This document shows positions 29,408-32,000 of a stretch of DNA of 32,000 nucleotides, piece after piece. The number at the start of each line of letters is the position of its first letter. Position 1 is the first letter of the stretch. This DNA is from Wolbachia endosymbiont of Armadillidium arcangelii (lineage in GTDB: Bacteria; Pseudomonadota; Alphaproteobacteria; Rickettsiales; Anaplasmataceae). A model generated the notes under the pieces. The model was not told where the DNA came from. It did not search any database and was given only the letters and a program-made list of their open reading frames with translations. The position numbers and the translations under genes are program-made. The stretch is taken from positions 845,001 through 877,000 of the forward strand of contig NZ_CP157942.1 in NCBI RefSeq assembly GCF_040207875.1, in the 5' to 3' direction.

Positions 29408-30322
29408 ATGGAGGTATATGTGTTTGTTTCTGCAAGCAATGTTAGTTATGGAATAGGGCAAAAAATAGAAAATTGTAGGTTAATGCGAGGTCATACTCAA
29501 ATAGGATTAGCAGGTCAAATAGGTTTAACATACCAAGAAGTGAACAGCTATGAAAATGGCTATAGCGCTATTCCTGTTGAAGTATTATATATAATAGCAA
29601 AAGCATTATCAGCTACTGTTACAGATCTGCTACCTGAATCAGTAATAGTAAGAGAGTATAAAGATGAAGACGAAGAAATACTCTATCTAACAAAAATATA
29701 TGAGAATCAAAAGTTAGGCAAAATAGTACCTTCATTAGTCAGGTTTGTTCATATTAGCGAGAAAATCAATCAAGAGGAGGCAAGATTAGAAGTAGCAAAA
29801 AATCTAGTTAAAGAAGGAGTTTCAGTTGACATAATTTCCCAAGCAACCGGCTTATCTATTTACGAGTATGATAATACAGAGAAAGAAGTCTGCACTGATT
29901 CTATATACTACAGAGTAGGGCAAAGAATAAGAGAATGGAGATTGATAAAAAGGTATACTCAAAAAGATTTAGCAAACAAAGTTGGTTTAACACTCAAGGA
30001 AATACACGAGTATGAAATAGGATACACTGCCATATCATTTGACAAATTATATCAAATAGCAGAAGGATTATCAGTGAATATTAAAGTTCTGCTGCCTAAA
30101 ACAAGGGAAAGCAAAAAGCTATTGAGTTTAATGGATGAGTACAGAGAACAAGAATCATTAGATGCGTTAGTTAAATCTCTATCTGAAGATATGAAAAGCG
30201 GCAAGGAAAAAGTTAAAAAAGCAGAGAAAGTCAGGGTTGCAAAGAATCTATCAAAGGCAGATATTTCTATTGACATTATTGTGCGAGCAAGTGGCCTAAC
30301 TGCTGATGATTGTGAAAATTGA
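29408..30322 (+). CDS. Third double-HTH XRE transcriptional regulator, apparently intact
   Basis: 304 aa; ENCRLMRGHTQIGLAGQIGLTYQEVNSYENG and REWRLIKRYTQKDLANKVGLTLKEIHEYEIG. Confidence 0.88.
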   Translation: MEVYVFVSASNVSYGIGQKIENCRLMRGHTQIGLAGQIGLTYQEVNSYENGYSAIPVEVLYIIAKALSATVTDLLPESVIVREYKDEDEEILYLTKIYENQKLGKIVPSLVRFVHISEKINQEEARLEVAKNLVKEGVSVDIISQATGLSIYEYDNTEKEVCTDSIYYRVGQRIREWRLIKRYTQKDLANKVGLTLKEIHEYEIGYTAISFDKLYQIAEGLSVNIKVLLPKTRESKKLLSLMDEYREQESLDALVKSLSEDMKSGKEKVKKAEKVRVAKNLSKADISIDIIVRASGLTADDCEN

Positions 30323-30407
30323 ATTGACTTGAATTCTGGATTAAAAACAGGGTACTCAGAGATATTATATTAAGATATAAGCAAAAGTAATTGTTTATTT
30401 AATAAAT

Positions 30408-30992
30408 CTATTTGCCATCTCTGAAAATTTGCTTAGATTTCGCTTGTTCAACAGATACCTCTTCTAGTTTTTCTGGCTCAGCTTCGGGTCTTGCAGCCAA
30501 TTTGCATTGTTTGATAACTTTCTTTAACGTTTTTACTGCAATAAAATTAATACTGAAAACACATGCCGAAGTTATGGCTAAGGCTGGAAAAGTGGCCAAA
30601 TTAAACATCGGCAAAATTGCCACAATCGTACCAGATGTGAGTAAAAGCGCTAACTTTTTGCTTCCAATGATCTTATTTTTTTTAACCTTTATTGGGTTTA
30701 ATTTTTTTACTTTTCCTTTTAGCTTTTTGAAGCCTTTTTTGAACGTATTGCCTCTTTTCAGCTCTTTTTCTACGGGTTTTGTTTTTAAGCTTTTTATTTT
30801 TTCTTTTATTCCTTTTTTATCTTTTTTTGCTTTAGAGGTTTTCTCCATCATCTTTAGAGGTTGCTCATGTAGCGGTTTTGGCTTATCGTTTGAAGTTTTA
30901 GCTTCTTGGCCATTAGTATATTTTTCGGACGAAACTATGTTTTTTAAACCTTTCTTTGCTTTGTGGTATAATTTCTTTAGTTTGCTTGGCAT
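30408..30992 (-). CDS. Lysine-rich protein with hydrophobic hairpin
   Basis: 194 aa; basic N-terminal half, then LALLLTSGTIVAILPMFNLATFPALAITSACVFSINFIAVKTL; start codon overlaps the end of the upstream patatin gene by 16 nt. Confidence 0.6.
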   Translation of the reverse strand: MPSKLKKLYHKAKKGLKNIVSSEKYTNGQEAKTSNDKPKPLHEQPLKMMEKTSKAKKDKKGIKEKIKSLKTKPVEKELKRGNTFKKGFKKLKGKVKKLNPIKVKKNKIIGSKKLALLLTSGTIVAILPMFNLATFPALAITSACVFSINFIAVKTLKKVIKQCKLAARPEAEPEKLEEVSVEQAKSKQIFRDGK

Positions 30993-31891
30993 TTCAAAAA
31001 TTTATCTATTACTTCCTGGTTGTCCTCTATCATTGCATTTGCTTCTTGCTGAAGACATTTAATATTTTCAGGTGTTACATTATCCATCTCAGCCGACGCT
31101 ATTGTCAGTTGTGATTGTATTCTTATATATCTGTCGTCCATTACGTTACCTAGTTGATAATTCACTACATCAAGGCTCGAAGCAAACATCACATTTAATA
31201 GGGGCTTTATCCAAGCTATTTTCCCTAATTTCCTGTACTTGATTCGATTAGATAGCCGACCTGTGCCAATTGACACCAGAATGATCTCTTCATTAGGGAA
31301 AAGTTTTTTACTGTTTGCATATGCACATGCCGCTGGATTATTAGCAAAAACCCCGCCATCCACTAATACCATTTCCTTTTGGTTGATTTTAAGATATTTA
31401 GGTGCAAAGTAAGTAGGTGCTGCAGTTGCTGCTCTTAATACATCCCTTAATTTAATAAAATTCCTATCCTCTTTCCAGCTTTTGAAGAAAAATGGGCAGT
31501 TATTGTGAATATCGTAACTCGTAATCAACACATTACTTAAAGTGTTTTTAAAGACATCATCGCCAAAATATTTATGAAGTACATACTCAATATTTTTATG
31601 TGGGTATTGTGTACAGTTAAACCAAGATAATATTGATCGCCTGAAGAATGAAGATTTAAAAATATATGACCCGTATTCTTGGTAAAACTCAACTAAATCA
31701 TTGGCTGAATATTGAGGTTTATCTTTTTTACATAATCCTGCCACAACAATCCCACCGGTTGAGGTTCCTGCCACTAAATCAAAGATTTCAGCTATCGGTT
31801 TCCTTGCCCTCTTTTCTATTTCTGCTAGTATAATGGCTGGTATGATGCCTCTTATGCCTCCGCCATCAACTGAAAGGATGTATTTGGTCAT
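30977..31891 (-). CDS. Patatin-like phospholipase
   Basis: MTKYILSVDGGGIRGIIPAIILAEIE (oxyanion DGGGIRG), FDLVAGTSTGGIV (GxSxG), LVDGGVFANNPA (catalytic DGG). Confidence 0.95.
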   Translation of the reverse strand: MTKYILSVDGGGIRGIIPAIILAEIEKRARKPIAEIFDLVAGTSTGGIVVAGLCKKDKPQYSANDLVEFYQEYGSYIFKSSFFRRSILSWFNCTQYPHKNIEYVLHKYFGDDVFKNTLSNVLITSYDIHNNCPFFFKSWKEDRNFIKLRDVLRAATAAPTYFAPKYLKINQKEMVLVDGGVFANNPAACAYANSKKLFPNEEIILVSIGTGRLSNRIKYRKLGKIAWIKPLLNVMFASSLDVVNYQLGNVMDDRYIRIQSQLTIASAEMDNVTPENIKCLQQEANAMIEDNQEVIDKFLKCQAN

Positions 31892-32000
31892 GGTGTGTCC
31901 AGGAAAGGTGAATATGTTCAGTGGGAAAAAGCCCACCAGGATAAAAGTCGGAGTCCTGTAACTGGGGTAGCAGTATTACGGGAAACCAAGATACTGAAGC

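Noticed and set aside
30412-31062. 216-aa plus-strand ORF opposite the lysine-rich protein
   Set aside because: Complement of the lysine-rich coding strand; composition (Phe/Leu-rich) is what antisense of Lys-rich codons gives, and the minus-strand ORF fits an overlapping gene pair with patatin.
1-32000. tRNA/rRNA genes
   Set aside because: No cloverleaf-like or rRNA-like sequence recognised on manual reading of the intergenic regions; a tRNAscan/Infernal run would be decisive.

Overview
This 32 kb window has the gene content of an AT-rich Wolbachia-type alphaproteobacterial endosymbiont genome. It looks like a decaying prophage WO-like accessory (eukaryotic association module-like) region next to housekeeping genes. 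Left to right: an ankyrin protein; a truncated typA/bipA joined to an antisense IS66-like transposase remnant; a coiled-coil membrane protein; valS carrying an in-frame palindromic repeat element; a hypothetical protein whose last codons lie inside the 28-bp terminal inverted repeat of a degenerate IS256-family element; a protein with 24-aa coiled repeats; a 5'-truncated group II intron (domains V/VI plus RT/maturase C-terminus); a multiply frameshifted large serine recombinase flanked by a 23-bp inverted repeat; and an intact-looking IS4-family element with 24-bp TIRs. Next comes a giant modular toxin-like gene (15451-24355) split by a single extra base. It would encode about 2967 aa: OTU protease, two PD-(D/E)XK nuclease-like domains, a pore-former-like hydrophobic segment, ankyrin repeats and a latrotoxin-C-terminal-like domain. 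This resembles the largest (type V-like) CifB architectures, but no cifA is visible upstream. It is followed by an Rpn/PDDEXK_2 gene, three double-HTH XRE-family regulators (two frameshifted), a frameshifted radC, a hypothetical gene with an apparent poly-A frameshift, a lysine-rich membrane protein and a patatin-like phospholipase. Family calls come from reading motifs; no database search was run.
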